Assembly: GCF_964355755.1 (NCBI RefSeq)
Contig: NC_092673.1
Location: forward strand, 20,519,648-20,583,647
Direction: 5' to 3'
DNA length: 64,000 nt
Source of the DNA: Antedon mediterranea
Taxonomy: Eukaryota; Animalia; Echinodermata
In this document: piece after piece, positions 26,601-37,257 of the stretch
How positions within the stretch are numbered: position 1 is the first letter of the stretch
Layout of the letters: every line of letters begins with the position of its first letter
Translations under genes and position numbers: made by a program
Notes under the pieces: generated by a model
Told to the model about the DNA's origin: nothing
Seen by the model: only the letters and a program-made list of their open reading frames with translations
Databases searched by the model: none

Positions 26601-29002
26601 ATTTTACATTCTTTTCCACCTATTGTTCCTTAAAGATGTATTGATCCTCCAAAAAATAAAAAATGAAAATTAATAAAATGAGATTTTGAATAGGCCATTT
26701 TTGTGGTTTTAATAAAGTTAATCACTTCTGCAGAAAAAAATATGGAGGTGAACAATGTTTTCACTTAAATTCAATCAAAAACTATTCTGGTATCCACTAT
26801 AATATTCTTTGCTTTAAATTATAGTTTTTTTCAGGTAAATAATATAGTGCTTTTGATTCAATTTGTGGTCAAATTAAATATTTTGGAACATGGCATATTC
26901 AACCACAACAAAATCTTTTTTCAATATATCTTTAAACTAATTTTTCACAAATAAAAAAGAATCGACGAATACAGTAACAATTAATTGAAACAATACAGTA
27001 GTAATTAAATAGCAGTAATTAATATTGTCCATTTGTTTTTTTAGGATATGCCGATGTGTTCGTAAGCAACGGTGAATGGGATATGTATGGTTTGGAGTCC
27101 AAAAATAACGCTGAATATTATCCCGATGACCCTGGTGTACCCTTCACAGACGTAACATTTACCATTCTTTTCCAGCGCAGGTCTTTATATTACGTATTTC
27201 ACTTAATAACACCATGCTTCCTCATTGCTATCATGGCTGCTTTGGCCTTTCTTTTACCTCCTGAATCACAGGGAAAAGTCAATATGGGAGTGACATTTTT
27301 ATTGTCAATGACTGTGTTTTTGATGGTCGTCGCAGACGCTGTACCGCACACAAATGAAGTCCCTATTATTGGTAAGAACATAACATTTTCTTCTAAACTT
27401 GAATACAATAATACAAAACAACGATCATGTGTGTTGTGATATTAGGTTATTCTTATATCTACGGTGACGCTAATGTTGTTCACTGTTAAATCCATCTCCA
27501 GTATCGTTTGCAATATAAAATATTCAATTGCAGAATACTATCTATGAGTCCGCCTTAAACTAGATATAAGCATTACATTAAATTGTAACTGATATCTATC
27601 AAGTCTATATGTAAAGTTTCATTTTGATCTGTTTCTTTCTATCTTTATTGATTGAAATACATGATGATATGATTCCAAGTTTACTTCATCCTATTTTCTT
27701 AACATCCATCACGTCTGAAATTGTCACTAGTAAACTAATTAGTACAGATTGGTTCCCAATAGGACTCAATGTTGACCAATCACAAGTGACAGTTGGAATA
27801 ATCCATCGCGTTTGATTGGTCAATTCGCTTACGTTGCGGCATACGTCATTGCGTTGCGTCCTAAAGCTTGGTTCCCACTAGAACGTAACGCAAGGACGTA
27901 AACGCAACGCAATCGTTTTAACCAATGACAAGCGAAGTTATAGACAGTTATCAATCACAAGCGAATAAGCCATCGCTTGTGATTGGTCAATTCACTTGCG
28001 TTGCGTTACGTCCTTGCGTTGCGTCGCTAGTGGGAACCACGCTTTATGGGAACCAAACCTAATATTAGGATGAGGTAGCCTACACCACGTGTTTCCCAAA
28101 GGAAATAAAGTGAGAATGTCTCAACGGTTCGGTCTCTGGAGAAGAAACACATGGTGTGGTGTATGTGTTATTGTTTGTTTTGTAAAATCCGAAATAAATT
28201 GAATTGAATTGAACCTAACTTTACTAGTGTAAATTAAGTTTACGTGTGTTATCAAATAATGTTATATTCATATTCATATTCATTTATTATCCAGAAGCGA
28301 TGTTTTGGAATAATAATTAATAATATTAAAACGTGCGGAACGTCTTCATCATTATTTTTTAATTACACTGACAAATAAATATGTGATAAATCATACCATA
28401 ACCTTTTCCATTTTGTTACAGGTCAATATTTTGCCATCACAATGATTCTAGTCTCGTTGTCGTTGTTAATGAATGTAGCGGTTGCTAGTTTATACTACAG
28501 AGGGAATGAAGGAAGACTTTTACCAGCCTGGGCAAAAGCGATTACTAGTAAAAGAGTTTTGCGAATTTTGAGGATTCGAACCAAACATTTACAATTAAAT
28601 GATTCTTCAAATAATTGTGGAAGGTTCTATATGATGACAAGTCGAAGTAACAAAGACCGGAATGGCTTTATGAAAAAGAAAGCAAGGTACAATGAAATGC
28701 ATATGACACCGTTAGTTACACCCCCATCATATGAGGGCGTACATCAAGGAGATTCGGTTGTACATGCGTCACAATCATCAGATGAAGTCCGACTCATGTC
28801 AGATATGCTCAAAGAACTTCACGTCATCAAAGAACTACTCAAAAATAAACCCGGAAAAGAAGACCAGACCAGCGATGTTAAAAAGTGTATAAAAAACGAA
28901 TGGTTATTGCTTTCTCGAGTATTAGACAGAATCTTCTTGTTTGCATACGTCATTGGAAATCTGTTAGCTCTTTTCTTATTACTTGTTGGTATTTACAACT
29001 AA
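14693..29002 (+). CDS. Nicotinic acetylcholine receptor-like Cys-loop ligand-gated ion channel subunit (gene A; alpha9/10-like, lacks vicinal Cys). Exons 14693-14853, 15965-16009, 21025-21134, 25576-25778, 27045-27371, 28422-29002; signal-peptide exon not located
   Basis: Exons join in frame at GT-AG sites, including the nAChR-typical 45-nt and 110-nt exons. Motifs: LINDLLDDKYDTRVRPV, DERKQTLTSSTWL, WTDEFLTWDP...IWLPDIYFY, Cys-loop CLVQVKYFPFDKQEC, FGPW, M1-M3 (RRSLYYVFHLITPC...), M4 EWLLLSRVLDRIFLFAY. The exact acceptor of the first listed exon is uncertain (three phase-1 AG options). Confidence 0.93.
15062..15252. mobile_element. Palindromic MITE (Harbinger-like)
   Basis: AGGGCCTTTCACACCTG...CAGGTGTGAAAGGCCCT, nearly fully palindromic, TTA/TAA flanks. 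Confidence 0.8.
16163..16505. mobile_element. MITE family A copy with a second, opposite-orientation copy nested inside (16244-16422)
   Basis: Outer copy is interrupted at gattgctaa|ctgtc; TTA flanks the outer copy. Confidence 0.88.
16668..16952 (-). mobile_element. tRNA-derived SINE (CORE-like body, L2-like tail)
   Basis: Minus strand: A box TGGCGCAGTG, B box GGTTCGAATCC, CCTTAGGCAAG...CCACCCAGGTGTATAAATGGGTACC, 3' GCGCTATATAAGAA...(TAT)n. Confidence 0.8.
18546..18724 (+). mobile_element. MITE family A copy
   Basis: 179 bp, TTA/TTA flanks. Confidence 0.88.
19689..20000. mobile_element. Non-autonomous palindromic element (Crypton-like) with ~160-bp hairpin
   Basis: Arms 19689-~19760 and ~19776-19850 are nearly perfect inverted repeats around cgaggcaaagccgag; the tail gccatgtgacccaca..tccaatcaaatgacagg recurs near 34545-34585 (inverted) and 36040-36055. 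Confidence 0.6.
23942..24149 (+). repeat. 51-bp tandem repeat x4
   Basis: Unit attcaagtcttcatttgtcatgtttttggggacaatacatctgtaatggac. Confidence 0.95.
25576..25778 (+). CDS. Gene A Cys-loop exon
   Basis: aacag|C...ACTG|gtaagg; encodes YYDGKVMWGAPIIFKGYCLVQVKYFPFDKQECKMKFGPWQH. Confidence 0.95.
26634..26931. mobile_element. TTAA-flanked MITE (Kolobok-like); relatives at 32365-32713 and 23666-23983
   Basis: ttaa|AGATGTATTG...CAATATATCT|ttaa. Confidence 0.7.
27045..27371 (+). CDS. Gene A loop C + M1-M2 exon (327 nt)
   Basis: tttag|GA...ATTG|gtaaga; NGEWDM...EYYPDDPGVPFTDV...LLPPESQGKVNMGVTFLLSMTVF. Confidence 0.95.
27749..28058. mobile_element. MITE family A copy (27865-28043) nested in an older related element
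   Basis: The host ttggttcccaatagg...gcgtcctaa|tgggaaccaa is split by the 179-bp copy. Confidence 0.8.
28422..29002 (+). CDS. Gene A terminal exon (M3, intracellular loop, M4)
   Basis: ttacag|GT CAA TAT TTT; GQYFAITMILVSLSLLMNVAV...EWLLLSRVLDRIFLF..., stop TAA at 29000-29002. Confidence 0.95.
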
Positions 29003-30262
29003 ACTGTCAATATAAATCGCTACTATTTGAATGATAGTGTTACAAATCAATATTATTGCGTTAAGACAGACGTGTGATAAACGCGTTTAAAATTAGCGCT
29101 CACCGTTATCAGGGTCGAATAACCGTGTCAGCTGAGTGAAGTCAAAAGTACAACTTGCAAGCGATGGAACTCGCTTTCTGTAAGTCAGCCAGTTCATTTA
29201 TTCAACTAGAATGTGTGAACAATTTATGGATTTACATTGTGCGTATAATACAATTGTGTGTAATTTATCTATAAAACCATCGGGACTTCTGTCTTGAAAA
29301 CTGACAAAACGTCTGTTTTATTACAGTACCTGTTGTAAGAAACATGGCACAGGTAAAACAAATGAGATATTACTGTTGAATGCAATTTAATTGTTTTATA
29401 CGAAGAAAAAAACAAGATATTATACCGCAACCTGATATATATCTATACACAATTGGCAGCATGCTATAGAAAATAGCAATATACGTTTGTGTGTGTTAAA
29501 TAATAGCAATATGATGTTGGTTAAGTTTTTCTTTGCGATGCAACTCGAATTACATCGATTTCAACCTACAAAACTACACTACACTTAATACAGGAAGGGG
29601 AAAATGGCAATATCATCAATGTGGTCATGTTACAAGAGTAGTCAAAACAATATAGATTATTTGATAAAAATCCTAGAAAGTAGGAAACCTTTTGTTATTT
29701 TTCCCCTGACTGACTAAAAAGAGTTTGATTTTAACTCGGCGCACGCCTATAAGCCCATCGATCGCTGTGATAACGTCTGTGGCTCATACGACTATGTGGA
29801 ATCACGACCAGTCTGGTTAATATTTATTCGTATTATTCTTACTTTTTGTGCAAGATATAATTATTGACCATGTTTGAATGACCTTATGTCAACTTCCTAT
29901 ACGAATCATTAGGGCAATTTACAAGCTGATATAATTTCGAATGTTTATGATGGGCAAACGTCTTTTTGCAATAAAGATGGATTGTAACTATGAACAAAAC
30001 TAATGCGCGTTAAACCAAGACCTTACTCTCGTTAAGGTAAATCGGGTTAGACCGCTTGGCATTGAATAATCGCATTTTACTGAAATACAGTTGTTACATC
30101 ATAGTTTATGTTTTAATACTACAGATTACAGATAACATTTTTTTAAACACACTTTAATGTTTGCAGAGCGCAGCACATTTCTTCTATAAAACAAACTGAA
30201 TTTGCTTACATTGAAAAATAGCTGGACAAATATTAATTTTGGTATGTTTGGAAAACAATTAA

Positions 30263-30465
30263 AGCCTGTTTTCCTGTCGACGTTATTCGACGCTATCGTC
30301 GTTGATCGTTAACAGTTCAACGACGATCTTTTGAAAACGATCAAGTTGAAATGATAACGATAGCGAGTAGGCCTACCTTTTCCTGTAAAACATTTCAATG
30401 TTTACGTAGAAGATCGATTATTGTTAACGATAGCGTCGAATAACGTCAACAAGAGAAAACAGGCT
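30263..30465. mobile_element. MITE family C (second copy 33824-34030)
   Basis: AGCCTGTTTTCCTGTCGACG...AAAACAGGCT; two highly similar copies. Confidence 0.8.
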
Positions 30466-30531
30466 TTAATCTAGTCAACTGGAATTACTTTTATAGTAGC
30501 AGCAGCGACGTTTCACGACCTATCCAGGTCG

Positions 30532-30614
30532 ATCATCATCATCATTATCATCATCATCATCATCATTATCATCATCATCATCATAATCGTCTTATCATCA
30601 TCATCATCATCATC
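30532..30614 (+). repeat. (ATC)n microsatellite between inverted repeats
   Basis: Direct reading of the sequence. Confidence 0.9.
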
Positions 30615-31483
30615 GGCGATTGACCTGGATCGTGAAACGTCGCTACTGCTAATATACAAGCAAGTATACATCTCCTACCAGATTTAGTTGTTTTCCAAAC
30701 ATACCTGGATGAATGACAATATCCACACTCGTGTAATTTTTATATCCTTAATTACAGTACTTTTTCCTTATCGTCTTCACTATTTCTCGTGTATTTTAAA
30801 TAAGTTATCACAAAATTCATCGCTATTATCCTGTCATTACCACATATCAAATCATCACCAACTTCGTCACCATTATCTAATGTGTACAACATTTACTTAG
30901 ATCTGACAAAGAAAGATAATAGATACACATAATTTAAAAAAATCATTCTCCAAACTTTACTGGAATAATTCTATCTATTTTTAAATAGACTTATGGTACA
31001 TAAAAGTAGCATAAGTCTATTTCATAAGAAAGTATATACTGTACTGCATGTACACAAATACATAATAAACTGATATACCTTACATACATATATATCACTA
31101 ACATTATTATGCATGAACAATACCATTCACTACCTGGCCAAGAGCAGCAATCATCATCATCATTACCATCATTACTGTCATCATTTTCCACATGTTCTTC
31201 AACATAGCACAATCGTCATTGCATTCTTTAACGCATGAATCATAGTCTTACTACATCATCTGGCATCATCTGCTCCAGATTTCCAAAACCATCATCATTC
31301 ACCAAATACTTCAACATACATTATTATATTTTAGAAAAATAAAAATAAATTTATAATTCAATAATCACTCAAAAACAATTACATTGATGTAATATTTAAT
31401 ATAATAACAACAATCTGCTCATTAGTATTTTAGTATTTTTCATTAGTTGGACAACCGACGAAATGATCAAGCCCATCATATAA

Positions 31484-31645
31484 AGCTCTGTCTTCACTAT
31501 CAAACTAGTTTGATAACAACGTGTGTTGTGCCCAAATATGGCAGTGATATGCTTAAATATGGTAGTGATATGACATCATCATGTCCATATATCGGCATAT
31601 CACATTTGTTTTTGTCACATAAAGTTTGATAGTGTAGACAAAGCT
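31484..31645. mobile_element. MITE family D (other copies or fragments ~17849-17929, 20234-20325, 25421-25554, 26352-26410, 44624-44710)
   Basis: AGCTCTGTCT.CACTATCAAACT...AGTTTGATAGTGTAGACAAAGCT. Confidence 0.75.
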
Positions 31646-33823
31646 TTAAACATGAATCACTCCAAACGTACCCAATGTACTGAGTACTGAATACTGAAAT
31701 GCTTTATTTGTCCATCATCATCATAAAATAACAACAGAAATTCTTCTTGAAGATTGACAATTATTAGTAAAATAATAAATAGATATACAATATAATATAT
31801 TATGTACACACACATAATTGCACAAAAAAAATATAAGTTATGAAACACGGTGTAAAAATGATACGTTTACAGAATGTTATACAGATGCCGTCGATTGATA
31901 TGCATGCCTTCGGGTAAATATTGATTTTACACGGTTCTTCAGCATGTTTATTGATAACTTTAAAAACACGAAGAAAATAAAGTGTTTAAATTCATTATAT
32001 TTTATTGGAAACCGTGTTTGTCATGAAAAAAAAATAGAAGAACCGAATCCAATCAATCGTTGCTACATAACGTGTTGGCTCTAATATACGTATTGTCTAT
32101 TAATTTGCATTAAGTCGTGACGTTGTTATGGAACAGTTTCCCATTAATTTTAACTTTTATTATGCAATAATTTCAAAAGTAGTTTTTTTCCGCAAGCTGT
32201 TCTTGGAACTGTACCTATAGTAAATATTTGGTAAATATTCACGTTGACATAAAATGCTACCGTTTTATTTCAAAGCTACCTGTTGAGGTATAGCCTTCTT
32301 TAGCCACTGTGGAATCATTTCATGGACCTCTTAGTTTGATACAATTTTGGGATCAGTGTTTCAAAGATGTATTGTCCCCCAAAAATATGAACAAATGAAG
32401 ATTACTAAAATCAGAATTTGAATAGGCTATTTTAAAGTTTTAATACAGTTATTCATTTCTGTAGAAAAAAAAACCCAACAAAAATAATTATTTCATTTAT
32501 AAAATGAAACAGTTAATTTAAACCAAAAACCATTGTCTGACAGGCAATTAAAATATTTTTTGTTTAAATTACATTGTTTTCAGGTAAATAATTCTATATA
32601 GTCTAGTTTTTTTGGCCAAAGTGAATAACTCTTATGTGACATTAAAATGGCATATACAACAACAAATGTCAACTAATTTCAACAAAATTATGTTTCTGGG
32701 GAACAATATATCTTAATTAAAATATTTACTTTTGTTTCGAAATGTAACAGTTTTTGGTGATTTGTAGTAGAAGATCTACAATCTTGTAATCTCGATGTAG
32801 GATTGCAGCTGGCTGTTATCATACATACATGTTTATTATAATACACAGAACTACATAACCGGAATGAAGTTTTACCATTATTTATCGTATTAACATTTAG
32901 AGTTCAGAAGATGACCCATGCCGTTCGCAACTAAATCAATATCTTAAGTATGTTGTCAATTTCTATAAACTGTAAAAAAATGGTATTGTATTTCTCGTGT
33001 AAGTGATGTGTTTGATCTGAAGCTATTAGCAAGACGGATGATGTCACCATTGGTTTAGTAAAGAATTGACAAAGTGACAAACGCCTAAGGGGGAATGTAT
33101 ATTGCTCAATCATTATCGTATAATTTTGATTTATACGGAATCAGCGAACAAGTTAAGGCATTGCCATTGATTGATACGTATTTAGTTAGGATAACAAGCA
33201 CTTCGAGTTCGAGGATAACATAATTTATAAATTATAGAAAATAAAAATAAATTGTTAACTTATTTTTCTGATTAATGAATCGTGATGTATATTAATGTAC
33301 TAAGCCTATATAATTATGTTTCTGATAGACGTAAAGTATCATAATTCATTCTAACATACACATTATCAAATGTATATTTAATAATGTATGACAGTGTATG
33401 TATTGTTTAATCACACAAAGTTCATTCTGTGTGCCTTTAGAGTTTTCCTTTTTTAGAAACCTGAGCATCTAAAATATGTGCAGATTCGATCGTCCAATCA
33501 GAGTGCAGAAAGTTTCGTCTGAAATGGTACAAAAATACATACCGGTAGACCATGGAATCGAATCAGTTTGACGACGCGAGTACAACTTTAGATAGTTTTT
33601 AATTCTAATTTATTTAAAGAAAATATTTGATTATTATGAAATTGACCAGGCTACTACAAAAAGTTTAGAGGCCACAACCATGCAGTCAATTTACTGCCAA
33701 ACTGGGAATAAAAGGTATGTCTATAAAGCTATAGGTCTATGTTAAAATGATCCGTATGGGGGGCTTAGCTACATTGATGAAGGATACTTGGATTCCTTTG
33801 ACCGATCGACCAAGTGATGGTAA

Positions 33824-34030
33824 AGCCTGTTTTCCTGTCGACGTTATTCGACGCTATCGTCGTTGATCATTAACAGGTCAACGACGATCGTTTTAAAACG
33901 ATCAAGTTGAAATGATAACGATAGCGAGTACCTTTTCCTGTAAATCGTTAACATTTCAATGTTTACGTAGAAGATCGCCGATTATTGTTATTAACGGTAG
34001 CGTCGACTGACGTCGACAGGAAAACAGGCT
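33824..34030. mobile_element. MITE family C copy
   Basis: Matches 30263-30465; TIR AGCCTGTTTTCCTGTCGACG / CGTCGACAGGAAAACAGGCT. Confidence 0.8.
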
Positions 34031-36275
34031 TTAGTTAGTGCATTCTAATCACCATACTCTGTATTTAAATGTATGATAGTGTATGCCTGTTTTGTCTTAG
34101 GCTACAGTAACTAAGTCAATATAGTAGTAGTTTAAGATATTATAAAGACTGTATCACCGGAGTTCCCTCCAACAACTAATAAAGAATTTATGCAACGTGG
34201 TTTTAGTTGCCGTAAGTGTTTACAGTGTACATTTTAATGAAACATCAGTATTTATCATTCTGCCTGGTTTCATCGGATCTCAAATATTTGTGTAGAATTA
34301 TGATTGAGCTTGATATATAAAATCGATATACAAATTGTCAAATTATGAATTTTACAAACACAGGTGATGAAACGCGTGCGGTAGGTCAAGACCGAGTAAC
34401 GTCTCTTCCTAATTCTCGATATCTCGCTAAAATGCAATTATAATTTATCCCAATTGGATATAAAAAAAACATTCCAATAGGCCTATTGTATAGTCTAATG
34501 TAAATGTGGGGGAATAACCTGCGTTAACGCCAAAATAAATTTCCGTCATTTCATTGGACGATTGTGGGTCACATGGCGTGCAATTTATAACATGGGTTCA
34601 AGGATGTACCAATCAGACGCGCTGAAATGAGTCACGTGGCGCTCTTTATTTTCAAAAAATCATAACAGCCCGTGTGTAAATCGTATTGCAGAATACCGAT
34701 CGCGCTATAGGCTCACTGCAAGATTTACGAGTATAAACCAGGTCGTCTGCACCGCGGCCCCACTTTAAACCTGAAATATTTATTTCAAAAAACGCCGCTC
34801 GATTTTTTTGTAATCATTTCTTTCTTTAGATACACTGATTTATTATATCAATTATTTTTGTTTAACAATCAGTAGTAAACATCTTGTGTAAATAAAAAAA
34901 AATAAAATCATAAACTAAACTACAGTAGGCCTATTTGTACATATTCCAGGGTAGGAGTAAACTCCCTAATGACTCGCGACTCGGCCCACACACTATAGGC
35001 CTACAGGCCTAGGCCTACAGGCCTAGGCCTATTACCAGGGATAATGATGCAACATCACAAGTTAATAGCATACATTGCCTGTTAAGTATTTGTATCAATA
35101 TTAAAATAAAGAAAGAATTATGAAAATCTGACTTTTAGTTAGTTAGGCGCAGCACCACTACCGTCGTGACGTCACCACCGCAGAACTCTATATGGTCCAA
35201 AACATAGCCGATAATCGTTTTTAGCCACGAACGAAGTAAATAAATTGCACCTTCAGTAGGCAATTATATGAACTTAAAAAATTACGGTTTTTAGGAATAT
35301 ATTTTGTATATCAACATTGTAAAATTTAATAAAACATGGTATTACATGTTTATTAAATAAAAAAGAGTGGTTATTTAACCTCATTCAACTAATTTCAATA
35401 CATCTTTCGCAGTCTGTTGATTCGCGTCACGTCAACCAATCAAAGGGCGAGAATCCAAAATCGTTGACTCTCTTTTCTCAGACTTTTTTTGTTTGGGTCC
35501 AGCAGCTTGGACCTATCAATTAGTCGAGTTTACAAAAGATAGTGTACATATAAAGATACAAAGATGTGTAGTAGGAAGATGTCACACTTCGCTTAACAAT
35601 TAGAGACGCGCTCTCACGACGAGAGGGATAGACGATAACGAAACATGGGGATAGCAATGGCAAAGCACAACGTAAACAGTTGTTTTCGACAATAATATTG
35701 TAACAAACTCACAAACAACATCAAACTTCTAATTTTAAATTGTCAATACATTTATTTGAGGTGAGTTTCGGGGCGTGACACGACTGTAAATAATACAGAT
35801 AGTATTTAAATATTAGTATTTTAGGCTAGGCCTAGGCGCTTTAGCCTAGATAGGCCTAGGATTGTTTGGTCGTGTGTTGATATAATTAAAACTACAGTAG
35901 GCCTACGTGTGTTTAAAATCCAAATAAATATAATATTTAATATTATAAAAAATCATATAATTATTTACAAAACCATAACTGTTACACTTTCAATATGAAT
36001 CAAATAATGAATGCTCACGCCTACCTATTATTCAATCTGATTCAAATGACAGGAATCTACTTAGATATTATGACTACAGATTTCCAATATATAGAGTGCA
36101 TAGAGATTCATATAGTTAATATTGGCAAATAAATATTTTATAAAACTTTTTAAAACTTGAAATGAAACTACAGTATATAATTTAACTTACAGATAATATG
36201 CTTACAGTCATAATAATAGTTATAGGCCTAATGCTAATAGAAAATAAATAACGAAAATCGATTCGATGTACAATA

Positions 36276-37257
36276 TTAGTTTTGGCGTAATTTACTGTCA
36301 CACATATAAACAAGTGTGAACAAATACGGATTGACTGACGAGTTTATAGGTATGATGAATGTTGCTGACCAAACATATATATCTTCTGGAATATTCCACC
36401 AATCCAGCTCTGATCCAATTCCCATCACTATAATCGGAAACCAACAACAGAAGTCGGTAAACACTATAATCATTAGTTTCCATGCCATTTTGATTTCTTC
36501 TTCTCGTTTTTGCCGCCTGTTCACAGTGGCTCCTGATCGCTTAACAGAGAGGAAAATCGTGACATAACTCACAGCAATTACAACAAATCCGAGAGCGTTA
36601 AATGCAATAAATATGGCAGTGGCATACTCCCAACCCGCTAATCGGCTTCTTGTTAGAGGTAGTGCAAGACACACGCTCTGTTTCCCATAATAGTTCTCTC
36701 CGAAGTATGAATCCGGGCTCAGTCTGTTTGATATCACTGGACAAAAACTGAGAGTAAGCCAAGTTACCCAAGAAATGCCGATGATGATTCTACACGTTTT
36801 ACGGTCCAGACGTTTAGAGCTGAATGGATTGACGATGTTTACAGCGCGGTCTAGGCTCAGTACCATCAGTGTGAAGACACTGCACTCGCCAGCAAGAGTA
36901 GAAACAGCACCAGCGAAACTACAAAGGAAGCTGTTTTTCCAATCTTGTGCAACTTCCGAGTATCGTCCTCTGTAATAAGTGTCCGCGCTTGCAATGATCA
37001 GCAGATACACTGACATAAGCAGATCAGACACGGCGAGATTAGTGATTAGCATCGTTTGAACACTATGGTCATTTTTACGAAACATTCGCGATATAATAAC
37101 AACTAGATTGCCAATGGCAGACGATAATCCTATGATAAACATTAATACTCGCAGAACTTGTCTTTTTAGTAAATCTTCACACGAAGAGAAAAGATCAATG
37201 GGCTCACAGACTTTAATTTTACCGACAATACAGCAGAGACGAAACAAATCTGAATAC
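36276..37257 (-). CDS. LGR hinge + 7TM rhodopsin-class domain exon
   Basis: CC...C-EPIDLFSSCEDLL (type C hinge), GNLVVI, NLAVSDLLM, SLDR, CLALP, FTDFCCWFPI, PINSSVNPYLFT. Confidence 0.96.

Noticed and set aside
36316-36975. Plus-strand ORFs over the GPCR; likewise 27199-27408, 53961-54170, 58174-58389, 58987-59181, 59346-59528
   Set aside because: Antisense shadows of real coding exons.
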